IMG/VR virus record: IMGVR_UViG_3300028676_000003 | Location: 62,001 to 126,000 of that record | Strand: one strand, 5' to 3' | DNA length: 64,000 nt | Shown here: positions 27,304-35,830 of the stretch, piece after piece | Layout of the letters: each line of letters starts with the position of its first letter | Numbering within the stretch: position 1 is the first letter of the stretch | Notes under the pieces: generated by a model | Database searches by the model: none | What the model saw: only the letters and a program-made list of their open reading frames with translations | What the model was told of the DNA's origin: nothing | Position numbers and translations under genes: made by a program

Positions 27304-28590
27304 ATGGCTGAAAAAAATTCAATTATAAAAGAAGCTTTATTGGATATTCAAAATATCCAAAATGCTCTTAGTGCCAATACCAAAGAAATACTTCGTGGCG
27401 TAGCTAGAGAAGAAATTGACGGTGTGGTTAAAGAATCTCTTATGAAAGAGATTTACGAAGAAGAAGATTTAGACGCTCCTGAATTTGGTGGTGATGACTT
27501 AGGTCAAGAAGCTCCAATGGATGCTCCGATAGGTGCAGATTTAGGAAGTGAAGATGATTCAGTAGCAGGTGGTTTAGGTGATATCGACGCTCCGATGGAT
27601 GGTGCCCCAATGGGTGCAGATTTAGGAATGGACTCAGTAGAGTTAGGTGGAGATGATTTGGATATGACAGCGGCATCTGATGATGAAGTAATCGCAATTT
27701 ACAAAAAATTAAGTGGCGAGGACGAAATCGAAATTGTAGGTGATGAAATTCACTTAAATATTTCAGAACCTGGGGAATACGTAGTTAAACTAGACGATTC
27801 AACAGCTCCAGCGGCAGGAGGATTTGATGCACCAATGGGTGGAGATGATTTAGGTGCTGAAGAAGGTGGAGACGAAGCTGAGTATGAAATCGAAATGGGT
27901 GATGACGAAGAAGAAACTGAAGAACCAGCATTTGGTGGTGAAGAAGGTGAATCTGATTCTGAAGACGCTCCTGATGATTTAGTAGCAGTTGGTGGTGATG
28001 AAGAAGAAAGCGACGACGAAGAGGAAGAAGAAGAGACAGAAGAATTAACAGAAGCAATTCCAGTTGGTTCAGCTCAAGCTCACAGATTACCTGCAAAGTC
28101 TTTAAAAGGAATTCCTTTAGGAGCTGGAGCAGATAACTTAAAAGAATCTCAAGCCGCAAAAAAATTAGTTTCTGAAACAGTAACAAAATATAATGCTTTA
28201 TTGACTGAAGCAAATCAACTTAAAGCTGAGAACTTAGAATTTAGAACTGCGTTAAAACACTTTAGAACAAAATTAGTTGAAACTGTATTACACAACGCTA
28301 ATTTAACTTATGTTACAACTCTTTTCTTAGAGCACTCTACAACTAAAGCGGAGAAAGATGCAATCTTGATGCGTTTTGATGAAGTAACAAGCTTAGCTGA
28401 GTCAAAAAAATTAAACAGAATTATTGAGAACGAATTGAGCCTAAGAAAGCCAATTACTGAATCAGTAGAGAATAAAATAATCAAAGGTGGAACGACAAGC
28501 ATTTCAAAACAATTAAATGAAAGCACAGCTTACGTTGACCCTTCAACAAAGAGAATCATGGATTTGATTAACAGAGTTGAAAAAAGATAA
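27304..28590 (+). CDS. Prohead scaffold/core protein (T4 gp22-like position)
   Basis: Highly acidic low-complexity middle, coiled-coil C-terminus, between protease and MCP. Confidence 0.8.
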   Translation: MAEKNSIIKEALLDIQNIQNALSANTKEILRGVAREEIDGVVKESLMKEIYEEEDLDAPEFGGDDLGQEAPMDAPIGADLGSEDDSVAGGLGDIDAPMDGAPMGADLGMDSVELGGDDLDMTAASDDEVIAIYKKLSGEDEIEIVGDEIHLNISEPGEYVVKLDDSTAPAAGGFDAPMGGDDLGAEEGGDEAEYEIEMGDDEEETEEPAFGGEEGESDSEDAPDDLVAVGGDEEESDDEEEEEETEELTEAIPVGSAQAHRLPAKSLKGIPLGAGADNLKESQAAKKLVSETVTKYNALLTEANQLKAENLEFRTALKHFRTKLVETVLHNANLTYVTTLFLEHSTTKAEKDAILMRFDEVTSLAESKKLNRIIENELSLRKPITESVENKIIKGGTTSISKQLNESTAYVDPSTKRIMDLINRVEKR

Positions 28591-28625
28591 TAACCCTAAC
28601 AACAAAAAAAAATAAAAAACAAATT

Positions 28626-30452
28626 ATGTCACACTTATTAACATCTGGACAAGTTGGAAATATCGGATTAAACCACATGAAGGCTATCCGTAAAGAGACT
28701 CAATCTAAATGGGATTCATTAGGATTCCTTGACGGTCTTAAAGGTCACGTTAAAGAGAATATCGCTCAATTATACGAAAACCAAGCGTCAACATTATTAA
28801 CTGAAAGCACAACGACAAACTCTTCAGGTTCATTCGAAACTGTAGTTTTCCCAATCGTTCGTAGAGTTTTCTCAAAATTATTAGCTAACGATATCGTTTC
28901 TGTACAAGCTATGAACATGCCAATTGGTAAATTGTTCTACTTCGTACCAGTTACATCAAGCCGTGTGGATGCTTTAGGTAACCCTGGTTCTGATTACGCT
29001 GCAAACGGTGGTAACGGAGCTTACGCAACTCAATACTCTGCACACACAGGTATGGCGGCTCAAGGTCTTCCATCATGTGTTGTTGGTTCAGGTTGTACAC
29101 TTACTCCATTCGAGGGTAAAAACTTATACGATGCATTCTACAATGACGGTTTATTTGATAACTCAAAAGGTACTCTTACAATCGTTGCAGGTGGATATAA
29201 CGTATACACTTTAGGTATTGACGGTAAATATACAGTTGCGACTGGAGCTGCTCAATTACCAACAGCTAATGACGGTTCATTAAGAGAAGTTGTTATCGGT
29301 ATCACTGGATTCTCTCCAAACGTACACGCTAAACAAGTTATGACAGGTGCTAACGGTGACCCAATGGACACTGAATCATTCTTAGCTTCATTACACGTTC
29401 TTTCAACTAATGCAATTTTAGATAAAGATGGTAATACAATTATCGCTGCTGGTAAGGAAATTCCTTTCAGATTAGTAACTCAACAATACGGTAGAGGTAT
29501 CGTAGACTACACTAACTTAACAGATACTTCAGGTACTCTTTATGTTGCTTTAGATTTACGTCACCCTGTTGGAACATCTGCTGGTGTTATTGGTGGTGCT
29601 GGAACATCAACTTATGATGGTTACGTTGGAGCTTCTGCTTCTACAGTATCAGCGTTTACTTTCACTGCGGCTTGGGCTGAGTACGCTACATTAGAGCTTG
29701 AAACTGAAATGGGAGAGGTATCTTTCAAATTAGATGAAATCGTTGTTGCGGTTGAAGAAAGAAAATTACGTGCTACATGGTCTCCTGAGTTAGCTCAAGA
29801 CGTTAGTGCATTCCACAACATTGATGCAGAAGCTGAATTAACAGCTATGTTATCTGAGCAAGTTGCTGCGGAAATCGATAGAGAAATCTTGAGAGAGTTA
29901 CGTAAAGCTGGTGCTTGGCAATTAAGATGGGATTACAACGGTTGGAGAAAAGCTTCTACAGCGGCAAGCCCATACACACAAAAAGACTGGAACCAAACTT
30001 TAATCACTAGATTAAACCAAGTTTCTGCACAAATCCACAAGTCTACTCTTAGAGGTGGTGCTAACTTTATCGTAGTTTCTTCTGAAATCTCTGCTATCTT
30101 TGATGATTTAGAATACTTCCACGTAAGTGATGCTAACCCAGAGCAAGACCAATATAACATGGGTATCGAAAGAATCGGTTCTTTATCAGGACGTTTCCAA
30201 GTATACCGTGACCCTTATGCTCCAGCTTATTCAATTATCATTGGACACAAAGGTAAATCATTATTAGACACAGGGTATATCTATGCTCCATACGTGCCTC
30301 TTCAATTGACACCTACAATGTTTAATCCGTTTAACTTTGCGCCAGTAAAAGGTATCATGACACGTTATGCTAAAAAAGTGGTTAACAACAGATTCTACGG
30401 ACACGTAAGAGTTGACGGTGTACCTACATTCGACGTAAACGAATTAAGATAA
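28626..30452 (+). CDS. Major capsid protein (T4 gp23-like)
   Basis: VFPIVRRVF ... VSVQAMNMPIG, RKLRATWSPELAQDV, AEAEL...LSEQVAAEIDREI, GYIYAPYVPL, GIMTRYA. Confidence 0.97.
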   Translation: MSHLLTSGQVGNIGLNHMKAIRKETQSKWDSLGFLDGLKGHVKENIAQLYENQASTLLTESTTTNSSGSFETVVFPIVRRVFSKLLANDIVSVQAMNMPIGKLFYFVPVTSSRVDALGNPGSDYAANGGNGAYATQYSAHTGMAAQGLPSCVVGSGCTLTPFEGKNLYDAFYNDGLFDNSKGTLTIVAGGYNVYTLGIDGKYTVATGAAQLPTANDGSLREVVIGITGFSPNVHAKQVMTGANGDPMDTESFLASLHVLSTNAILDKDGNTIIAAGKEIPFRLVTQQYGRGIVDYTNLTDTSGTLYVALDLRHPVGTSAGVIGGAGTSTYDGYVGASASTVSAFTFTAAWAEYATLELETEMGEVSFKLDEIVVAVEERKLRATWSPELAQDVSAFHNIDAEAELTAMLSEQVAAEIDREILRELRKAGAWQLRWDYNGWRKASTAASPYTQKDWNQTLITRLNQVSAQIHKSTLRGGANFIVVSSEISAIFDDLEYFHVSDANPEQDQYNMGIERIGSLSGRFQVYRDPYAPAYSIIIGHKGKSLLDTGYIYAPYVPLQLTPTMFNPFNFAPVKGIMTRYAKKVVNNRFYGHVRVDGVPTFDVNELR

Positions 30453-30480
30453 TCTAAACAATTATCTTTCTTAGATAAAT

Positions 30481-30516
30481 AAAAAAAGACCCACCGATAT
30501 GGTAGGTCTTTTTTTT
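30481..30516 (+). terminator. Intrinsic terminator (MCP)
   Basis: AAAGACC ... GGTCTTT stem plus T8. Confidence 0.8.
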
Positions 30517-30537
30517 GTTTTTAAGATATTTATTAAT

Positions 30538-30993
30538 ATGAAACATACAATAAAAAAACTACTTAGAGAATCTCTATTGAAAGAATCATTATTAGATAAT
30601 GATATTAAATCTTTAATAAGAGATACCAATGTTTTTGCTTCTTTTGGGAATCCATATGGGTTTAAAGAAAATAAAATAATTGGTAGAAATACTGATATAT
30701 TAGATAAGACTGTACCATATGAAGGAACTGATTTTAGAATTGCTGTAACTCCATTAGGTGACAAAAAAAAGTTAAGTATACACTTTCCACAAATTGAACA
30801 AACTTCAAGTAGAGGTGGTGGTCATGCTGGATTAAGTTTTCTATTTGATAATGATGTTGTAATAAATAAACAATTGGTTAATATGTTGCTACCAGCTGTT
30901 GATGATTTTAGAAGTCAAAATTTTACATTAAACAATGGTGTTTATCAAATAAATACAAATAATCCTAGCGAAATGAAACCTGTTAATCTTTAA
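30538..30993 (+). CDS. Hypothetical protein with IKKLLRE leader
   Basis: Start set at ATG 30538 (MKHTIKKLLRESLLKES), 3 nt after late motif. Confidence 0.75.
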   Translation: MKHTIKKLLRESLLKESLLDNDIKSLIRDTNVFASFGNPYGFKENKIIGRNTDILDKTVPYEGTDFRIAVTPLGDKKKLSIHFPQIEQTSSRGGGHAGLSFLFDNDVVINKQLVNMLLPAVDDFRSQNFTLNNGVYQINTNNPSEMKPVNL

Positions 30994-31412
30994 GAAGCTA
31001 CTCGTTCGTGATATGTATGTTTGTCTCCACAAGAAGTACATTTACACTCATTTAAGTCTTTATAATCATCTAGGTTGTTGACATCTATAATATACCCAGC
31101 AAGGGTAGTTATATACGTTTCTCCTTTACAGTTAGGGTTAGGACAATATGCATGGTCCTTCTTATATTTCTTACGAAATTCTTCGACCTTCTTCTCAGTT
31201 TCTCTATGCTTGATAGCGCAGTCAATATGAACTGGTTCAACATAGATTGGACTCTTTTGATTTACATCTACTTCCTCAGAACACAGAACACATTTCATAG
31301 GTTCAGGTTCATCAATTCTAGCGAAGTATTTTCTAACAAGTCGGCCCAATTCCATATCATTAGGTTCAGCTTCGACAATTTGTCGTATGTGTTGAACGTA
31401 AGCTTTTTTCAT
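30990..31412 (-). CDS. Zn-finger hypothetical protein
   Basis: CVLC ... HIDC and CPNPNC ... CTSC. Confidence 0.7.
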   Translation of the reverse strand: MKKAYVQHIRQIVEAEPNDMELGRLVRKYFARIDEPEPMKCVLCSEEVDVNQKSPIYVEPVHIDCAIKHRETEKKVEEFRKKYKKDHAYCPNPNCKGETYITTLAGYIIDVNNLDDYKDLNECKCTSCGDKHTYHERVAS

Positions 31413-31645
31413 TAAGCTTTTTCTTTTACAAGTCTGTAACGAGTGTATCTAGTTTTCTCACCAAACTTATCAACACCATTTTCTTTTTCAGACGAAATTT
31501 CATATCCCTCTTTCTTCAAGGAATTAATTGTTGCCGCAAGTCTTAAGTTTGCTAAATGAATTGCCGCATACCAAGGTGAAACACCTCTTGGGTCTCTAAG
31601 GGCTGTTAATACTCTTTGTTTTTTTGAATTTAATTTAGTTGCCAT
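31412..31645 (-). CDS. Phage helix-turn-helix protein
   Basis: LRLAATINSLKKEGYEI pattern ... Y.L. Confidence 0.7.
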   Translation of the reverse strand: MATKLNSKKQRVLTALRDPRGVSPWYAAIHLANLRLAATINSLKKEGYEISSEKENGVDKFGEKTRYTRYRLVKEKA

Positions 31646-31670
31646 AATTTAATTGTTTAAAGTTAAAGTA

Positions 31671-31702
31671 CAAAGGTAAGACTTATTTTCGAGACTACCA
31701 AA
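31671..31702 (-). promoter_or_regulatory. Bacteroidota-type sigma70 promoter
   Basis: TTTG-N20-TACCTTTG. Confidence 0.8.
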
Positions 31703-31703
31703 T

Positions 31704-32345
31704 TTATTTTAAAATATTTTCCAATAAAGTGAAATCATCCATAACTCCCTTATAGTAATTATCATGAACAAACTCACCATAAGGTGTAATAAACTTGATA
31801 TTATCCAAGAAAACTCTTTGTCCAATCATCAATTGATTAACTGGATAGTGCATTTCTTCTGATAAACCAAGTACCATTTGTTTAATCCAATCGTATTCTA
31901 GTATTTGACATAAGTCAGCATCACGAATAATGCTTTGGTAAATATTCAAATCATCAACCTTAATAACGTATGGATATTGTGTTGCATAAATGATTTCTTT
32001 CATGAACTCAAAATCTAAATGAACTATTTGATATTCACTTAAGAATGTACCTAATCCAACGATTGCTTGTTCCACGTTGAAAGCATCATCTCTTCGTCCC
32101 ATAGAGTGGTTAAAATCGTGAAATAAAGCAGCCATAAGCAAAGCTTCTACCTTATCATCTTCTAACATCTTCATGAAGTCTAGAGCTTGATAACAGTTCT
32201 TAACAACAGTAAGCATATGGTTGAAGTTATGATATGGTGCATGATTTGATTTGTTATTTTCAACCAAATACTTTAAACCAAACCTAAGTGAAGGATATTG
32301 GTTTATTATGTGTAATACGTTCTTCTTATTCATTAGCAAGTACAA
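31704..32345 (-). CDS. HD/PDEase-superfamily phosphohydrolase
   Basis: PYHNFNH ... ALFHDFNH ... IRDADL. Confidence 0.85.
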   Translation of the reverse strand: MYLLMNKKNVLHIINQYPSLRFGLKYLVENNKSNHAPYHNFNHMLTVVKNCYQALDFMKMLEDDKVEALLMAALFHDFNHSMGRRDDAFNVEQAIVGLGTFLSEYQIVHLDFEFMKEIIYATQYPYVIKVDDLNIYQSIIRDADLCQILEYDWIKQMVLGLSEEMHYPVNQLMIGQRVFLDNIKFITPYGEFVHDNYYKGVMDDFTLLENILK

Positions 32346-32578
32346 TTATCATTTCCACACCAACCACATTTATCCAATTCTTTTTGACGAGCATCTTCTC
32401 TAGCTTGATTCTGTGCGTCAAGAACCCATTCTTCACCGTTCCACTCCATACCTTCGTAGAAGCCACCCTTAGCGTTTGATGTAAAGAATTCTCTATTGGT
32501 CATAAGACCGTTCTTTCTATGATGGTCGTCCCAATTGGTATCGTCCTCATTGTATGCTGGGTATTTATTTTTATCCAT
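32333..32578 (-). CDS. Hypothetical protein
   Basis: 81-aa ORF with CGWCG tail; host-type promoter. Confidence 0.65.
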   Translation of the reverse strand: MDKNKYPAYNEDDTNWDDHHRKNGLMTNREFFTSNAKGGFYEGMEWNGEEWVLDAQNQAREDARQKELDKCGWCGNDNCTC

Positions 32579-32596
32579 AGTTATTTAATTACGAAA

Positions 32597-32628
32597 CAAA
32601 GGTACAAAAAAAATCCCGATAATACAAA
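32597..32628 (-). promoter_or_regulatory. Bacteroidota-type sigma70 promoter
   Basis: TTTG-N20-TACCTTTG. Confidence 0.8.
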
Positions 32629-32637
32629 TTATCAGGA
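32606..32637 (-). terminator. Intrinsic terminator
   Basis: TCCTGATAAT/ATTATCGGGA plus T run on minus strand. Confidence 0.75.
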
Positions 32638-32668
32638 CTATTTTTTACGTTAACTCTAGTTATTATTT

Positions 32669-33598
32669 TTATGCTTTTGTTCCGCAGTTTGAGCAAAACT
32701 TATCAGTTTTACCTAATTTTGCACCGCAGTTTGTACAGTATTTTTTTACATTGATATCTTCTGATGTATTCACTTTTTGTGAAATAGGAAGCATCTTATA
32801 TTCAAGTGTGTGGAATGCAAAGTATTCAAACTCCTTGCTTACTGTTGTGAATTTTTGGTCAGATTTAGAACCTTCCTCAACTCTACCAGTTTCTATGGTT
32901 TTTGATTTCTTTTCAAGCTTAGGAGCCGCTGACGAACTTCTAAGGATTCCTTTAGAAATTGGTTGGCTTTTAAGTCTATCCATTTGATTAAGCGCAGATG
33001 AAGTAACATTGAAGTCAAGACCATCAAGACTAATACCACCAGTGTTTGAAACATTGGTACTAGATAAGAAAGCGTTATTATCTGTTGCATTAAATGAAGT
33101 TGTTGTGAATGAACCACCAAGACTAACAATTGAACCACTGTTATAGCTTTTATAATCATTATAGTCAGGACCACCGAATGAACCACCAAGTCTTGTTGTA
33201 CCGATGTTGCCAAGAGTTAGAATTGGTCTTCTTTGTTGTTCTCTAAAGAACTCAACCTTGAAGTCTCCGTTGCTTTTGATTGCTTCTTTCACTTCAGCAG
33301 TATTTGCTACTTCGTATGTGTCGAATAAGAATTTCTTTTCAACATCTAAGAAACGCTCCAAGAATACTCTCTGTCCAGGTCTCAATACAAGACCACCTTG
33401 AGAAATGATTTTTCCGTTTAATTTGATTTTTGCAAGAATATTATCTGTAGTTGGATTGAATAATTCAATCTGAAATTCTTGCCCTTTTTGAAGGTAATAA
33501 GTTGGCATTTCGCCTTTTTTGTTGTAAACTTTTAGTCTACTTTTGTTCACAGCAATACTAGCTGTAGGAACCGCAGTCCCTAGTGTTTTTTGAGTCAT
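32669..33598 (-). CDS. Hypothetical protein with C-terminal zinc ribbon
   Basis: Beta-rich N-domain, Ser/Gly linker, CTNCG ... FCSNCG. Confidence 0.8.
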   Translation of the reverse strand: MTQKTLGTAVPTASIAVNKSRLKVYNKKGEMPTYYLQKGQEFQIELFNPTTDNILAKIKLNGKIISQGGLVLRPGQRVFLERFLDVEKKFLFDTYEVANTAEVKEAIKSNGDFKVEFFREQQRRPILTLGNIGTTRLGGSFGGPDYNDYKSYNSGSIVSLGGSFTTTSFNATDNNAFLSSTNVSNTGGISLDGLDFNVTSSALNQMDRLKSQPISKGILRSSSAAPKLEKKSKTIETGRVEEGSKSDQKFTTVSKEFEYFAFHTLEYKMLPISQKVNTSEDINVKKYCTNCGAKLGKTDKFCSNCGTKA

Positions 33599-33625
33599 TT
33601 TTTAACTTTTAATTTTTGTAATTAT

Positions 33626-33686
33626 GTACTAATTTCTTTGTTGCCTTAACAACTCCAAAGCCATATTTCAGGCTCGAAACTAATAC
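33626..33686 (-). promoter_or_regulatory. Candidate structured 5' leader RNA (three-way junction)
   Basis: GUAUUAGUUUC/GAAAUUAGUAC 11-bp closing stem with two internal hairpins, between promoter and ATG. Confidence 0.55.
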
Positions 33687-33702
33687 GTGAGTTAACGTAA
33701 TA

Positions 33703-33733
33703 CAAAGGTACTATATAATTTCTTGAAAGTCAA
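33703..33733 (-). promoter_or_regulatory. Bacteroidota-type sigma70 promoter
   Basis: TTG-N20-TACCTTTG. Confidence 0.8.
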
Positions 33734-33738
33734 GTACT

Positions 33739-34389
33739 TTAGTCATATTTTGAGAAAAATAAATCAGAACCACTCTTGAAAGCCTTGATAGGGTTGAATC
33801 CTTTCTTAATATAATTTTGTCCACGGCCAAGCATTTCTTTGAAATCATCATTGGGTTGCATCGAATAAACAGTATTATATTTTTTTATCAGCTCTTGAGT
33901 TTCAGGGTTAATTTCACTTAACCATTCCTCATATTCTTCAGGGTTTTCAAATGTGTCGTTACTACCAGTATATAATGCAACACTAAATTCTGGGTTCCAT
34001 TTACCACTGGCATCAAATGGTGCAATGTTTGTTTTATTAACATCAGGTCTATCATAAAATTTAACCCATACATTCAATGCTTCACTTCTAACGTCACCTT
34101 TTCTAGCTGGCATAAGTCCTTTACCCTTCGTACTAGCCATCATCATAGCCATTTCGTAGATATAAGGCCCGAAACCATCTTCTGCGGCCACTTTATCCAC
34201 ATCGAAATTTTGACCTCTTAGAGAGGCTGAAATCACGCCATATGATTTATTGGTCATAGGGTCATATAAGACAAGACTTATCCTGTTATCCTTTTGGAAT
34301 AACGCAGTTTCTATTGGTAGATTTTTTGATGTAAGCATAGTTTCTCCTAATAGATTTTCTCTAAGTAATTTTTTAATTATATGTTTCAT
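33739..34389 (-). CDS. GNAT-like-fold protein with IKKLLRE leader
   Basis: MKHIIKKLLRENLLGE; VDKVAAEDGFGPYIYE ... ALNVWVKFY. Confidence 0.55.
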   Translation of the reverse strand: MKHIIKKLLRENLLGETMLTSKNLPIETALFQKDNRISLVLYDPMTNKSYGVISASLRGQNFDVDKVAAEDGFGPYIYEMAMMMASTKGKGLMPARKGDVRSEALNVWVKFYDRPDVNKTNIAPFDASGKWNPEFSVALYTGSNDTFENPEEYEEWLSEINPETQELIKKYNTVYSMQPNDDFKEMLGRGQNYIKKGFNPIKAFKSGSDLFFSKYD

Positions 34390-34391
34390 TT

Positions 34392-35798
34392 TTATTGACT
34401 TTTACGAAGATTAACTTGATTTACAATATCGAAGTTAATCACATTTTTTAGTGTTGTAACTTCCAAATCAGAACTAACAAGAACATCTAAATAATAAGTG
34501 TTAGGTAAAAGGCTGTCAGTATCTAACAAGAAATAATAATTGTTGATGCTTCTTTCAATTGGTTCGAAATCAATAACTGTTAATTCACCTTGCCCTTCTT
34601 TCACATAAAGTCTGTATTTCAAACCATCAATTTTTTGTGTTTGCTCAACTGTATAAGGAATTCTAGCAGAAACAATTACCTTACGAATATCTCCACGTTT
34701 AATTTTTTCATTAGCATATATTCCTGAAACGCTGATAGCAGTTTTCTTAGGTTGAGAGTCTGAATTTGCAATATTGTAATATCCAAGTGAGTTTTTCATA
34801 ACAAAATCAAGACTTGCGTCAGGTCTTGCTACACCGTTGATGATAAGGCCACTCCATACGTCATTGTACATAGTACAATCGTTATCAGCAGTTGTTGGAA
34901 CCGTGATATCGATAGAGTATACTCCTTTTGTAACTTGTGTTACACCTGAACCAGTAAACGTAGCAAAAGATGTGCCAGTATTATCAAACACTTCAACACT
35001 TGGTAAAGTATCAAGGTTTGTTGGATTACCGCCAAGACTAACGTAAAGATATAATTTATTTGGCTTATCTAAATAGAAATCATTTCTATCATCAGTAATA
35101 TGACCATCATAGATAGTTTCAACAAATGGTTCGTAAAATGTTTGTGTATTGTTTGTAAAGAAACCAACATATTGTGGGTTAACAGTTTCTAGGTCCTCAT
35201 AGTAATCAGGGAATGCAATTCCAAGACCATAATTCGTATCACCAGTAAGAACACCATTAACATAATCAGTAATATCAATTTCAATATTTTCATTACCCTT
35301 GTCGAAGTGTTGAGTTGCAACGGTTACACCAGTTGATGAACCTGTATACACACCTGAACCACCTGACCAAAAAATTCCATTTTGAGAGTAGTACCAATTT
35401 GAATAACCTTCTCTGTAAGCTTGGTCTCCAAATGTTAGAATTGGTAATTCATAGTCATAACCAGTACCGTTATCCCATGGTTGGTCCACCTTGAAAACAA
35501 TAAGGTCGAATGAAGTAGTTCTTTCTTTAGAACCCATTCCCTTGTTTAAAAGGTCTGTATCGAATGCACCAGTATTGGTCATTTTAAGTGTATGTCTAAG
35601 CTTAGTTAAATCAGGGAATGTTCCACCAGTATATAGGTTAGTCAGCTTAGTTTCATCGAAATGAAATAAGAACCTGCTATGGCTTTTAGTTGCTGACTCA
35701 CCACCGTAGTATAATTCAGCAATAGGGTTTAAACCAGTGTTAATGTTTGATTTGCTTAGAATCGTATTGTTTTTATCGAAATATGTACGTATTACCAT
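34392..35798 (-). CDS. Virion structural protein
   Basis: 468 aa beta-rich, late motif upstream, follows spike gene. Confidence 0.65.
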   Translation of the reverse strand: MVIRTYFDKNNTILSKSNINTGLNPIAELYYGGESATKSHSRFLFHFDETKLTNLYTGGTFPDLTKLRHTLKMTNTGAFDTDLLNKGMGSKERTTSFDLIVFKVDQPWDNGTGYDYELPILTFGDQAYREGYSNWYYSQNGIFWSGGSGVYTGSSTGVTVATQHFDKGNENIEIDITDYVNGVLTGDTNYGLGIAFPDYYEDLETVNPQYVGFFTNNTQTFYEPFVETIYDGHITDDRNDFYLDKPNKLYLYVSLGGNPTNLDTLPSVEVFDNTGTSFATFTGSGVTQVTKGVYSIDITVPTTADNDCTMYNDVWSGLIINGVARPDASLDFVMKNSLGYYNIANSDSQPKKTAISVSGIYANEKIKRGDIRKVIVSARIPYTVEQTQKIDGLKYRLYVKEGQGELTVIDFEPIERSINNYYFLLDTDSLLPNTYYLDVLVSSDLEVTTLKNVINFDIVNQVNLRKSQ

Positions 35799-35812
35799 TT
35801 TTATCTTTTTAT

Positions 35813-35820
35813 AATAAATA
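35813..35820 (-). promoter_or_regulatory. Putative late promoter
   Basis: TATTTATT on minus strand, 14 nt before ATG. Confidence 0.6.
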
Positions 35821-35830
35821 TCTAAAAAGT

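Noticed and set aside
33626-33686. Purine riboswitch or hammerhead identity for the leader RNA
   Set aside because: AAUAUGG resembles purine-riboswitch L2, but J2/3 and the L3 CC are absent; no CUGANGA core in hammerhead position
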